From Limnochordia bacterium (GTDB lineage Bacteria; Bacillota; Limnochordia; DTU080), in NCBI GenBank assembly GCA_050951545.1, contig JBMNJG010000006.1, forward strand, positions 32,001 through 96,000: a stretch of 64,000 bases of DNA. Direction: 5' to 3'. This document shows, one piece after another, positions 1-10,591 of this stretch. Under the pieces are notes generated by a model. It saw nothing but the letters and a program-made list of their open reading frames with translations. It had not been told where the DNA came from and ran no database searches. The first letter of the stretch is position 1. Every line of letters begins with the position of its first letter. Made by a program: the position numbers and the translations under genes.

Positions 1-3
1 ATC

Positions 4-1618
4 GTGGCCAAAATGTCCGACCACGACGTGCCCAAGCCCTATGCCGCTCATGTGTTTCAGTTCGGTGCTGTAGCGGCCCTCTATCACATAGCACAGCGTC
101 TTCAGCTTGTGGATAAGATTGATCGGCATGCGCCAAAACGAGCGCAAGGAGGCACAGTAGGCGAGTATATGCTGGTGGCCGCCATTAACCGTGCCGCCGA
201 TCCCAAAAGTAAGCGCCAAATCGGCGAATGGTTTGAGGGTACCGCTTTGCGCCGTTTTCTCCCCCACATGAACGCAAAAACGTTGGCCAGTCAACGTTTT
301 TGGGACCACATGGGTTACCTGGACCAGAAGAAAATCCAAGCCATCGAGAAAGACCTGACGGAACACATGGTCAAGGTATTCGATCTCGACCTGCAGGCTG
401 TCGTGTACGATGCCACCAATTTCGTGAGTTACATCGATACAGGTTCTGAATCCGAATTGGCACAGCGTGGCAACAGCAAGGCTAAGCGGCACGATCTGAA
501 GCAGATAAGTCTTGCACTTATGGTTACTATGGATTACCACATCCCCCTCTTCCACGACGTGTATCCCGGCAACAGACCAGACGCAGTTCAGTTCGCCTCC
601 GTCACCGAACAGCTTGTGGAGCGCTACAAGCTACTCGCCAAACACTGCGAGCACATCACCATCGTCTGGGATAAGGGCAACAACTCCAAGAGCAACCAAC
701 AGGCCTTTGATGCGCAAGCTTCCTACCACGTTGTCGGCTCTTTGTCGCCCAGTCAGCACCTGGATCTACTGGCACAGGCATCCGTGAGTTTTGGGCCCAT
801 GAAAGGCGAATACATTGGCCACAAAGCCTTTCGAACTCGCCGGCTCGTGATGGGCAAAGAGCGCACCGTAGTGGTGGTTTTCAACCCGGCACGTTCGTTG
901 GGGCAGCAGCAAGGATTATTGACAAAAACTGAAAAAGGCCGAGAAGGCATTGCGAGAGCTATGCAAGAAGCTCGAGCGACGCCGCGTCGGGGAAGTTAAG
1001 AGTGGCCGAGCCCCCACCTACGAAAGCATTGAAAAACAAGTTAGTGACATTCTCAAAGACCCGGAGGTTCGAGCTGTCATTCAAACCAAGCTCACCGGCG
1101 GCGATATTGTGCCTGAGCTGGTCTTTGAGATCGACCAGCAGTCCATCAATGCCATGGTTGAGCAGCGCTTTGGCAAACTGATTCTCTTCAGCGACAACCA
1201 GGACTGGACCAACGAAGAGATTCTTGCTGCCTATCGCGGACAGTTTCATATCGAAGACGCTTTCAAGCAGATGAAGGATCCGCATTTCGTCGGCTGGAGC
1301 CCCATGTTCCACTGGACAGATTCGATGATCCGCGTGCATGCATTTTACTGCGTAATCGCCCTGACTCTTAGCTCGCTACTATGGCGAGAGGTCTGCCACC
1401 AATTCACGGCGGCCAACAAAGCAGAACAGGCACCCAAGAGCATTCCCGCCTTGCTTGAGAGCCTTGAGGGCATCGCCGAGGTGGCGCACATCTACCCGCC
1501 ACAAATGAACATCCAGGATCACCTCACGCTGTCGCAGATGAATCAGCAGCAAAAGACGCTTTTCGCCACCCTAGGCTTGGAGCGCTTTGCCCCGAGGTGT
1601 GGTAATACACCGCCATAG
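4..1618 (+). CDS. IS1634-family transposase, split by a single-base frameshift (ORFs 4..999 and 950..1618)
   Basis: Removing one A from the A5 run at 924-928 gives a continuous frame ...GLLTKLKKAEKALRELCKKLE.... The N-terminus may lie upstream of the window. Confidence 0.85.
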
Positions 1619-1663
1619 CCGAAAAGGCCCATAACTAAGCAGTTTCCGGGCCCTTGCGATTCA

Positions 1664-1684
1664 TAACTAGGAAACTCACGCTAG
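1664..1684 (+). repeat. Putative right terminal inverted repeat of the IS
   Basis: TAACTAGGAAACTCACGCTAG lies about 45 bp after the transposase stop and directly before unrelated coding sequence. The partner IR is not in the window. Confidence 0.5.
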
Positions 1685-1688
1685 GGGG

Positions 1689-2384
1689 GTGCAGTGTCCA
1701 CGCCCTTACGTCCGACAGACCATCTACACTGGTGAGCCCAACGAGCGGGTGCTCTGCGTTGTAGGCGACCTAGACGGAGACCGCATACCTGAGATTGTGA
1801 TTGGTGCCCGACATCCCCGAGCCGAGCTATTCTGGCTTGGCCGTACTGCAGATGGCACCTGGCAACGTTACGATATGGACACCAGCTTCGGCACTCTTGA
1901 GGCTGGCGGCGTACTCTACGATGTTGATGGCAACGGGGATCTCGACTTCATCGCTGGCCAAGACGGCTGGGGTGACCTGCTCTTCTGGTGGGAGTGCCCC
2001 GAGGACCCCACACCGCCCTGGATTCGCCGAGTGATCTGCCAGATGCCAGACAGAAAATGCCACGATCAGCTCGTTGCCGACCTTGGTGGGGACGGTCGTC
2101 CTGAGCTCTACTTCTGGAATCAGGGTTCCAAGACGCTGTTTACAGTACCTATTCCCGAAGACCCGCGCGTCTGCCCGTGGCCCGGGATCCGCCCCGTTGT
2201 GGAAGGTGTGCTGGAAGAGGGGCTGGCTGTGGCCGATGTGGACGGCGATGGACGCCTGGAGCTTACCGCAGGGCAATCATGGTACAAGCCGCCGCGTGAC
2301 CGGAGAGGAATCTGGGAGCGCCATGTTTTCGCTACTGGCTTCGTCTCTACGCGAGTAGCCGCAGCGGACCTCGCTAGAATATAG
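1689..2384 (+). pseudogene. FG-GAP/VCBS repeat beta-propeller protein, C-terminally truncated
   Basis: Repeated DxDGDG motifs (GDLDGDRIPEI, DVDGNGDLDF, ADVDGDGRLEL). The ORF stops mid-repeat (VAAADL) where a relic of another gene begins. Confidence 0.75.
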
Positions 2385-2571
2385 GCTGCTGCCACGAGTA
2401 GTGTCGCTGGCAGGGCGGTTTGGTCGGCCTCTTCAGGACGACTTACCAGGCATCCAGCTGCAGCAAACAATGCTGAGTAGACAGCACGTAGAGGCCATTG
2501 GTCCACGTCCTTGGCGGCCCAGGTAATGCGACTGGCTGACATGATCAATGATCATACTCATGGCGAATATC
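2373..2571 (-). pseudogene. Collapsed relic of a paralogous ABC-2 exporter operon (three colinear fragments)
   Basis: 2373-2492 resembles 55071-55204 (VYSALFAAAGCLVSRPEEA vs VYSSLFAAAGCLVSRPEEA). 2493-2534 resembles 56849-56890. 2535-2571 resembles 57031-57067. Confidence 0.85.
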
Positions 2572-2797
2572 GCCGTCTCTACCGCCACTCATCCCGACAC
2601 GAAGGAAACCATGCCCTGTCTATCTAAGCTACACTATACAGTCCAGCGAGCAGCTACCTTTCATGAGGTAGGTCACAAGCGATGGGTCACATGCCAGCCC
2701 CTAGCTGCCCCACAGCATAGTAACGAAGCTAAAATAGCCCATATAGATGATGCATTGTATTATTGGTGAATTCTTTTCACAAGGAGGTGCACACGCT

Positions 2798-4693
2798 ATG
2801 GGTCGATTTGGTGGCCCCGAGGGCTTTTCAGGTGGATACGGAGAAAGATTCAGAGGCTCTTACCGCGGCGGCGACCCCGCTGATGAGCGAAAGAGCGATG
2901 TCGACTGGCACGAAGTGCGCCGCGTCTTAACGTACCTGAAACCATACAAGTGGCAGATCGCCCTGGTTCTGCTCAGTATCGGTGTAGGCAGCGTGCTCTC
3001 TTTGGTGCCGCCACAGCTGATTCGGGCCATCATCGACAGGGCTCTCGCCCAGCGCAATGCGCGATTGCTGAATCTACTGTCACTGGGTAGCATCGCCTTG
3101 GCTGTAGTCAGCGCCCTCTTAAGCGTAGGGCGCACCTACCTTATCACTTGGACCTCGCAACGCATCATGCTTGATCTGCGTGCCCAACTGTATGAACGCC
3201 TGGCCCACATGACTCTGCGCTTCTACACTCTGACCCGCCCTGGCGATATCATCACACGTCTCAACAACGATGTAAGTGGAGTGCAAGGCCTGATCAATGT
3301 CATCGTCGTGACGATCGTGACCAACGTGATCACGCTGGTTACCACTCTTATCGTGATCTTTGCCATGAACTGGCAGCTGGCTGTGCTGGCAGTGATCCTG
3401 GTACCCTTGTTCGTACTACCGGTACGCCGAGTGGGACGGATTCGACGTGCCCTTACTCGGATGATGCAGGAGAAGAGGTCTGATCTCAACAGCTTCATCC
3501 ACGAGACCCTCGGAATCAGCGGCTACCTCTTGACCAAGGTCTTCGGGCGGGAAGAACTACAGCAGGAACGCTTCACCGAGAAGAACCTAGACCTCATGGA
3601 ACTATCCATCCGTCAGGCCATGGTCGGCCGCTGGTTCTTTGCCATGCTGGGCGTGCTAGGGGCTTTCGGAAGCGCTATCATCTGGTGGTCTGGCGGGCAT
3701 TTACACTTCAGACACGGCCTGTCCTTGGGGACGATTGTGGCCTTTACCGCCTACTTAGGCAGGCTGTATGGCCCTGTACGCAGTTTAGCCAATGTACGCG
3801 TGGAATTCGTCCGCAGCATGGCCCATTTTGAGCGCCTTTTCGAGTACATCGATGCCTCTCCTGAGATCGTTGACGGCGAGCGAGAGCTGACATCGCCTAA
3901 AGGTAGCCTGGAATTCTCAAGCGTCACCTTCTCCTACGAACCTGATGGCAAACCAGCCCTGAAGGATGTGAGCTTCGCTGCACCTGCGGGGCGTATGGTA
4001 GCCCTTGTGGGTCCCAGCGGCGCTGGAAAGACAACCATCACCTATCTCATTCCCCGCCTTTATGACCCAAGTGTGGGTCAGGTGCTCGTTGATGGAGTCA
4101 ATGTGCGCGAGTTCACGCTTACCTCCTTGCGACGACACATCGGCATGGTCACGCAAGAGACCTTCCTGTTCCATACCACCGTGCGAGAGAATCTGCTCTT
4201 TGCGAATCCTGATGCCACAGACGAACAGCTCGAGCAAGCCTGCCGCCAGGCCGACATTCATGAGCGAATCGTAGCCCTACCCGAGGGGTATGAGACGACG
4301 GTCGGTGAAAGGGGCTTCAAACTCTCCGGAGGCGAGAAGCAGCGCCTCGCCATCGCCCGAGTCATCCTCAAACAGCCTCGCATCTTGATCCTTGACGAAG
4401 CTACTTCCTCCCTGGACTCTGAGTCTGAGGCTCAGGTCCAGGCGGCCTTGGAGCGCCTTATGGTGGGCCGGACCAGCATCGTCATCGCCCACCGACTTTC
4501 CACCATCCTTGCAGCCGATCTGATACTAGTGCTACATGAGGGCCGGATAGTCGAACAAGGAACTCATGCGCAGTTGCTCCAAGAGGCAGGGCTCTATAGC
4601 CGCCTGTTCCATCAGCAGTTTGCCAGAGGCCTTGAGCTCAACGGTATCTCTGGCGAGTCTCATAGGGGTCGGCGACGAGCCGCTGAGAACTGA
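2798..4693 (+). CDS. ABC exporter, fused permease/ATP-binding protein (MdlB/MsbA-like)
   Basis: N-terminal TM helices, Walker A GPSGAGKT, signature LSGGEKQR, Walker B ILILDE. RBS AAGGAGG precedes the ATG at 2798. Confidence 0.95.
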   Translation: MGRFGGPEGFSGGYGERFRGSYRGGDPADERKSDVDWHEVRRVLTYLKPYKWQIALVLLSIGVGSVLSLVPPQLIRAIIDRALAQRNARLLNLLSLGSIALAVVSALLSVGRTYLITWTSQRIMLDLRAQLYERLAHMTLRFYTLTRPGDIITRLNNDVSGVQGLINVIVVTIVTNVITLVTTLIVIFAMNWQLAVLAVILVPLFVLPVRRVGRIRRALTRMMQEKRSDLNSFIHETLGISGYLLTKVFGREELQQERFTEKNLDLMELSIRQAMVGRWFFAMLGVLGAFGSAIIWWSGGHLHFRHGLSLGTIVAFTAYLGRLYGPVRSLANVRVEFVRSMAHFERLFEYIDASPEIVDGERELTSPKGSLEFSSVTFSYEPDGKPALKDVSFAAPAGRMVALVGPSGAGKTTITYLIPRLYDPSVGQVLVDGVNVREFTLTSLRRHIGMVTQETFLFHTTVRENLLFANPDATDEQLEQACRQADIHERIVALPEGYETTVGERGFKLSGGEKQRLAIARVILKQPRILILDEATSSLDSESEAQVQAALERLMVGRTSIVIAHRLSTILAADLILVLHEGRIVEQGTHAQLLQEAGLYSRLFHQQFARGLELNGISGESHRGRRRAAEN

Positions 4694-4700
4694 TCTTGCG

Positions 4701-5549
4701 TCATGAGTCTCCATTGGACAATCCGGTCACGGCCTCAGCGATCTTCTCCAGGTTCTCGTTGACCTTGCTTCCCATGTCTGATGTCAGCACCGTGATCAGA
4801 CAGTCAACCACCAGCAGTTGGGTGATACGCGAGGTAGTAGCGAAGCTGTGAAACGGCAGTTCGTCTGACGCAGTCAACAACAAGACATCCGCTGCTTGGA
4901 CGATCCTGGAGGCCATGTTGTTCGTGACGGCAATGGTGAAGGCACCCCGTTCACGGCCAATACGCAACAGGTTCACGATATCCAACGTATTTCCCGAATG
5001 GGAGAAGGCCATGACCACGTCATCTGATGTGGCCAGAGCCATGTGTATGGCCATATTCTGAGACTGGTCATCATACAAAGCGGTGATCCCCAGCCGAGCT
5101 AGCTTGATCTGGGAATCGCGGGCCACCACTCCAGACGTGCCTGCACCCAGGAGATAAACACGCGAAGCTTGCCTAATCCGCTCCGCCGCCAACACCAGAT
5201 GCTCCTCAGAAAGCACCCGCTGGGTACTGCGAATCGATGTCACTGCCCTCTCAAACGTATGATCAAGTTTGCCTTGCAGCGATGCATCAGCGACCTGCAC
5301 GCGATGCGGCTCCGACGCCTGCGACGCAAGAGCGATTCTGAGTTTGAGTTCCTTGAAACCACTGTACCCAATGGATTGGCAGAAGCGCACAATGCTGGCG
5401 TCACTGACACCCACTCGATCAGCCAATTCCCTGGCCGTGAGGTAGATCACCTCCGACTCATTATTCAGGATGTATTGGGCAATAGCCCGCTCGGATGGAG
5501 TCATGGCCTCCACTCTCTGAAGAATGGCCCTCAGCGAGTTCTCATTCAA
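4701..5549 (-). CDS. murR: RpiR/MurR family transcriptional regulator (HTH + SIS)
   Basis: ELADRVGVSDASIVRFCQSIGYSGFKELK HTH and SIS motif FSHSGNT. Lies downstream of murQ. Confidence 0.88.
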   Translation of the reverse strand: MNENSLRAILQRVEAMTPSERAIAQYILNNESEVIYLTARELADRVGVSDASIVRFCQSIGYSGFKELKLRIALASQASEPHRVQVADASLQGKLDHTFERAVTSIRSTQRVLSEEHLVLAAERIRQASRVYLLGAGTSGVVARDSQIKLARLGITALYDDQSQNMAIHMALATSDDVVMAFSHSGNTLDIVNLLRIGRERGAFTIAVTNNMASRIVQAADVLLLTASDELPFHSFATTSRITQLLVVDCLITVLTSDMGSKVNENLEKIAEAVTGLSNGDS

Positions 5550-5618
5550 CCACTCGTCACTCCCTATGCCCTACCCCTGGCCGATACAGTACCCTCGTTT
5601 GCATCCGGATACCGTCAG

Positions 5619-6507
5619 CTACCTTTTCTCTGCCTCAGCGCGACCCAACGCTCCCCGAAGGGATCCTTGGGTCTGCGCCAGCAGCTTTCGAGCGCTTTCG
5701 AGATCACGTGTCCGTAGTAGCAGCGCGGCCAGTCTCAGGTCTCCTTGCGCGAACTCGAGCGCCTGATGACACGTCTGTTCGTCCTCATCAGAGATCTCCC
5801 TGAGAATCGCTAGAGCCCGCTTTTGGCACTTTGCGTTCCGGCTGGTCATGGCCACCATGAGATTATCATAGACGAGTCCTAAGCGCACAGCCATCGTCGT
5901 GCTGAGCATGGTCAGCACCATCCGTTGGGCTGTGGCTGCCTTCATGCGGGTAGATCCTGTGACCACTTCAGGACCCGTGGGAACTACCACCGTAACGTCG
6001 GCCGCCATGGTTGTTTGGTTGCAGGCTATGAGAACGGTGCCAGCACCCTGCTTCTTGGCATACTCCAACCCGCCGCGCACAAAGGGTGTCGTACCGCTAG
6101 CTGATAGGCCCACGACAACGTCATTTGCGCCTACGCCCAGCGTCTTCTAGCTGAGTGGCCGCATCCGCGGCCTGGTCCTCAGCCAACTCATTTGCCTGAA
6201 ACACGCTCTGTGGTCCGCCAGCCACAACCACCACAATACGTTCAGAGGGCAGCCCGTAGGTGGGCGCCAACTCAGCAGCATCCGCGACGGCCAAACGAGC
6301 GCTCGTACCAGCACCGATATACACCACTCGGCCCCCCGCTTTATACCGGCTAACAAGAAGCTCCACGGCCTGAGCAATTTCCTCCAGCGCCTCACGCACC
6401 AGTGAAGCAATGGTTTGATCTTCGTCGTTGATCAGTGTCAGGATTTGCGGAGTTGACATGAGATCAAGCCCGGACGAACGCGGATTGCGATCCTCAGTTG
6501 TCAGCAC
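5619..6507 (-). CDS. murQ: N-acetylmuramic acid 6-phosphate etherase, split by a single-base frameshift
   Basis: TEDRNPRS, YIGAGTSARL, GLSASGTTPFV, GPEVVTGSTRMKAATAQ, GLVYDNLMV. Removing one C of CCC at 6136-6138 joins the two ORFs (LEDAGVGANDVVVGLSASG). Confidence 0.93.
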
Positions 6508-6550
6508 TAACCAGCACCCACCTTTGGAGAGCAGATTCCCACCCTCGCTG

Positions 6551-8791
6551 CTACGGCCGACCCAGCTCTACCATCGCTGCACTTCGCCCTGGCACCGTCA
6601 ACATGACGTCAGCCCAGGAACCCTTCCTAGAGCGCACTTCTACAGCGACTCCGGCACCCGTTAGGTCTTTGCCCGTAATCTGCACCGAGTCGGGTACCTC
6701 TACCCTGTACGTTGCCTCGCGTGTCTTCTCGGAAAGGTTAGCCACCGCAAACGCCTGGCTCCCCGCCAAGCTGCGCCACAAAGAGGCCATGAGGCATGGA
6801 AGCTGAACTGTGTGCGCTTGGCCAGGTCTGTAATACCAGTTCGTCGTCAGAACCTCCATTGGCGTCAAGGCCACTGGAGGACGGCACATATGCCCCTCGA
6901 TGAGATACTCACGGCCCGAAGCGAAAGCGCGACACACACTGTCGAGGAACTCAGCGTCACTGGTGTGTTCAGCGCTCAGAAGCTTCTCGGCAACAGAGTT
7001 GCGAATCCAGCCCAGCTGACAGCCCCACACAAGCATCTGGGCGATCTTTGCAGCAAAGGCCTCTGGCTGTTGGAGATCGGCATCATAGAAAGCCCTGCCA
7101 AACGTGATGACATAGCCGCTATAGACGGCAGCGAACAGCGGCACTTGGTAATCCGGGCAAGGCATCCACATCAGATAGGCTGGTATACCAGCCATGAACG
7201 GTTCGGCGTTGGACTCGGTGGTGAGGGCCAAGCGGTCCCCGCCAGAGGCATTCAGCTTGTGGATCTTCTCCAGCATTGCCTCATAGCCACGAATGCCATA
7301 GTCCCCACCTCCTAGGGCATGCCCGTGGTCTGGAGCGAAACAGACAGGCGGTGCGCCACAGGCTACCTGATCGAGGTAGACAGCGCCGATGCCCAGCTGC
7401 TCCCGCATGGCTTCAACGGTGCTGGCCACCTTGTCTTGCCAGTACTCCGTAGCGCTGCACATCGGCACTAGGTATTGCTGATTCGCGTACTGCTCGTAGA
7501 GCATCGGGTAGTGATAGGGTTCACAGCGTGGAGAGGCCTTGCGAGCACAGAAACGGGCAGCGTCATCCTGTTGCCAGGTCTGGCTGTTCGGATCAGCAAG
7601 ACGCGCGTTGATATAGGGCATGACCTTCACGCCTGCGGCATCAAGGCGGCCCACCTGCTCAGCGAAACCTTCCTTCGCAGGCAGATAATCAGGAAACGAA
7701 GTGTTGAAGGGAATGCAATGCCAGTTGTACCAGTGGACCCCGGTGGGATAGGGGAAGCGCTTATGTAGAGCTAGAGCCACATCCCCCACTTCCTCTACGG
7801 CCACCTCCCGCTCAGTGGAGAGCGTTCCTGTATCCTTTCCGGAAGACAGGCACCACCACAGCACCGTATCTTTGAGCCACTCCGGAATGTCTTGGCGCTC
7901 CTTCACCGGGCCTTTGCGGGCCCAAAACTGCTCCAGTGCCCAGTCGCGGTAGAGCCCAGCAGCGTCGTACCAATCCCCTGTGAACAACCCAATCACGAGG
8001 CCTTCCATATGCGTCTCGGCCTGCACTCGGGCCATGTCTTCGGGCATGTGACTCACGGACATGTCGATCGTGCTACTCCGCGCGTCTGTAACGGCCCGAA
8101 ACGTCTTAGGCCGGGCTGTGGGATCGTGCCAGCCTAAGTACAGGCCATTCTCCCCACTGTGAAAGGCCATAAACTGCATGCAGCAACGGTGGCTCGGGTA
8201 GGTAGCTGTCCAGTTCATCTGTCTGTGAGCAGGTCGTGGCACGTACCATCCCCAATCGGCTGGTAACGTAAGGTGTTCATCCTCTCTATCGCCGTCCACC
8301 CTATGCACGTTTCCTGCCCTGGGAAAGACCACCTGCCACAATGTGTAGCACATGCTCCTGTTCCATACATGCCAGGACCACCGCGTCAACGGCTCGTCCT
8401 TGGCAAGACATACGCGCACCTCCACGTCGACCGTGTCAGTATCCGGAGAGCTGTCAACAGCTGCCGCAACCTCCAAGGAACCATACCGGGCGAGGCGCAG
8501 CGACAGCTCCTTCCAGCGGAGTGTGACAGTCAACTGATCACCCTCAGGGCCCTGCGTAACCTCATGGCTGAATCGGCTTGGCGACTGGTTGGTGAGCGTG
8601 GCTCGGAAAGCGTCCCGATCGCGCCACTCCATCTCCCACCAGACATCATCAGAGCCTCTCGACAAGCCGAAGATCGCATCACGCTTTCCGTCCGAAACAG
8701 CGCACAACTGCCAGGCATCACGGTCGTGTTCCCGCCGGAATTCAACACCTATCAGACCGTTACTCACCCACAAACGCTTGCTGTCATCCAT
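6551..8791 (-). CDS. DUF6259-like protein, probable glycoside-hydrolase-fold (TIM barrel) enzyme
   Basis: GDWYDAAGLYRDWA, VHWYNWH...FPDYLP, VMPYINARL, VYLDQV, TESNAEPF, VPLFAAVYSGY, GCQLGW. Start placed at the ATG at 8791. Confidence 0.7.
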   Translation of the reverse strand: MDDSKRLWVSNGLIGVEFRREHDRDAWQLCAVSDGKRDAIFGLSRGSDDVWWEMEWRDRDAFRATLTNQSPSRFSHEVTQGPEGDQLTVTLRWKELSLRLARYGSLEVAAAVDSSPDTDTVDVEVRVCLAKDEPLTRWSWHVWNRSMCYTLWQVVFPRAGNVHRVDGDREDEHLTLPADWGWYVPRPAHRQMNWTATYPSHRCCMQFMAFHSGENGLYLGWHDPTARPKTFRAVTDARSSTIDMSVSHMPEDMARVQAETHMEGLVIGLFTGDWYDAAGLYRDWALEQFWARKGPVKERQDIPEWLKDTVLWWCLSSGKDTGTLSTEREVAVEEVGDVALALHKRFPYPTGVHWYNWHCIPFNTSFPDYLPAKEGFAEQVGRLDAAGVKVMPYINARLADPNSQTWQQDDAARFCARKASPRCEPYHYPMLYEQYANQQYLVPMCSATEYWQDKVASTVEAMREQLGIGAVYLDQVACGAPPVCFAPDHGHALGGGDYGIRGYEAMLEKIHKLNASGGDRLALTTESNAEPFMAGIPAYLMWMPCPDYQVPLFAAVYSGYVITFGRAFYDADLQQPEAFAAKIAQMLVWGCQLGWIRNSVAEKLLSAEHTSDAEFLDSVCRAFASGREYLIEGHMCRPPVALTPMEVLTTNWYYRPGQAHTVQLPCLMASLWRSLAGSQAFAVANLSEKTREATYRVEVPDSVQITGKDLTGAGVAVEVRSRKGSWADVMLTVPGRSAAMVELGRP

Positions 8792-9098
8792 AACGTCAAA
8801 GTGTGAGCATCTTGGCACATGCAACAACCTCCTACTACACGGCCTGGCACAGAGCAAGTCCTGCTACTGTAGCCCGCCTACGTACTGTTCCGTTGCCGTA
8901 AGGTTACTACACGCCTCGCATAGCTGTCAACGAGCCAGTGACCACAAAAGCCTGAGGCTAGCATTGACTGCCGACGGCTATTGAGGCTCGGTGCGAACAG
9001 CCTAGCCACACATGCCCGCTGTGTCGCCCCTGCCCTACCCCAGCGAACATAGTTCCATCATTTCACTAAAACGGCCATCTCGAGATCTATTGTCGGAC

Positions 9099-9128
9099 TT
9101 GACGTCACACAACGCACTATGGTAGCAT
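9099..9128 (+). promoter_or_regulatory. Putative sigmaA promoter for the SBP-namZ unit
   Basis: TTGACG-N18-TAGCAT with an extended -10 TG. Confidence 0.4.
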
Positions 9129-9212
9129 TGCTACAGATACGGTTGTACATGTAGGCTTGGTGACACCGCTCTGCTAAGGCAGCCCAACCCCCCCAAAAAA
9201 CCACAAAGAGGA

Positions 9213-10442
9213 GTGTTGACCATGAAACGCAATTCGTTGATCACGTCGTATCTGGTACTCACGTTAATGCTTGCCATCAGCCTGTCAGCAAGTGCTGAAA
9301 TCATCACCATACAGCATCTATGTCATGGCGGCATTACCGAACAGGAGCTGTATGCACAGCTAGCAGATGGGCCCTTCAAGTCGACACACCCCAACATCAA
9401 GGTCGAGATTCTAGAGCCTGGTTCGCGCGGATGGGTCGAGAAACTGATCACGATGGTAGCAGGTGGTATCTCTCCAGACACCGTCTTCTGTGCCAACTGG
9501 TGGATTCCCGAAATGGTAGAGAAAGGGCTCTTTCTAGACATACAGGGGTATGTCTCACGCGACAAGACATGGAACGACGATGACTACTTCCCAGTGACCA
9601 TAGCGCAGACATTCTACAAAGGCGGACGTTACGGCATTCCCCGGCATTTCTCGCCGATGCTGATGTTCATTAACCAGGACCTGTTCCGCAAGAGTGGGCT
9701 CGCTGATCCTCCAGCGGATTGGACATGGGATAAGTTCGTGGAAATCGCTAGACGTCTAACGCAGAGTACCGGGAATGTGAGGACACAGTGGGGATTCGAT
9801 CTTATCGGTCCCGGCGATCTTGCGGGGGACGCACTCACAATTCCCATCGTCCGCTCTCTGGGCGGTGACCTGTTCTCAGACGACGGAATGCGACTGGCGT
9901 TGGCCGAACCCAAGAGCGTCGAGGCCATGCAATGGCTGATCGACCTGAGCAATGTGCACCATATCGCCCCAATTATCTCCGAATCCTCCGGCGGTTTCGC
10001 TGGTGGCAGAGTCGCCATGAATCTCTTTGCCTTCTATAGAATTATGCAGCTCAGAAGTGCGAATGTCCCCTTTGAGTGGGACGTGGCTCAGATACCACAA
10101 GGCCCTGCTGGCCGAGTGAATAGAGGGGCTAGCGGCACGCATGCTGTAGTCAGCACATCGAAGCACCCAGAAGAGGCATGGCAATGGATCAAGTTCCTTG
10201 CAGGAAGAGAAGCGCAGCTAGCCTTTGCCTCCAGTGGTCTGGTCATGGGTGCTAGACGTGACTCTGCAATCGTCAAGACGCTCACAAGAGACGATACGCC
10301 GCCCAAGAACATCAGTCTCTTCCTTGATGCAGCGATGGACGCTTGGCCATATCCAGCCACGCCCTACTTCAACCAGGCAGTGGCCGCCATCCGTCCCGCT
10401 ATGAACGTCGCTTGGCGTGGCGAGAAAGTCCTTTCCGGGTAG
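9213..10442 (+). CDS. Sugar ABC transporter solute-binding protein (family 1); true stop probably at 10499
   Basis: Signal peptide (ASA-E), KLITMVAGGISPD, WTWDKF, SKHPEEAWQWIKFL. Apparent extra bases in short runs at about 10425-10460 disrupt the C-terminal helix. Confidence 0.9.
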   Translation: MLTMKRNSLITSYLVLTLMLAISLSASAEIITIQHLCHGGITEQELYAQLADGPFKSTHPNIKVEILEPGSRGWVEKLITMVAGGISPDTVFCANWWIPEMVEKGLFLDIQGYVSRDKTWNDDDYFPVTIAQTFYKGGRYGIPRHFSPMLMFINQDLFRKSGLADPPADWTWDKFVEIARRLTQSTGNVRTQWGFDLIGPGDLAGDALTIPIVRSLGGDLFSDDGMRLALAEPKSVEAMQWLIDLSNVHHIAPIISESSGGFAGGRVAMNLFAFYRIMQLRSANVPFEWDVAQIPQGPAGRVNRGASGTHAVVSTSKHPEEAWQWIKFLAGREAQLAFASSGLVMGARRDSAIVKTLTRDDTPPKNISLFLDAAMDAWPYPATPYFNQAVAAIRPAMNVAWRGEKVLSG

Positions 10443-10591
10443 CGATCAACGAGGTGAAAGGACCAGGTCGAGCTAATTCTGCAAGGTAAGACTCAGTGAC
10501 TGGATCGCACCAGCACAAGCAAACGCTGTTACACTAAGTGCCGTCGCTTTTCCAGACTAGATCGTCACGCTGAAAGGAGCTGCTTCTGCAG

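Larger units (their letters stand above)
1..1684 (+). mobile_element. IS1634-family insertion sequence (left end outside window)
   Basis: DDE transposase with IS1634-like motifs (YDATNF..YID, QRGNSKAKRHDLKQ, WDKGNNS, YRGQFHIEDAFKQMK). It is followed by a short 3' UTR ending ...GGAAACTCACGCTAG. Confidence 0.85.

Noticed and set aside
920-960. Programmed ribosomal frameshift in the transposase
   Set aside because: IS1634 transposases are single ORFs, and similar homopolymer indels occur throughout the window.
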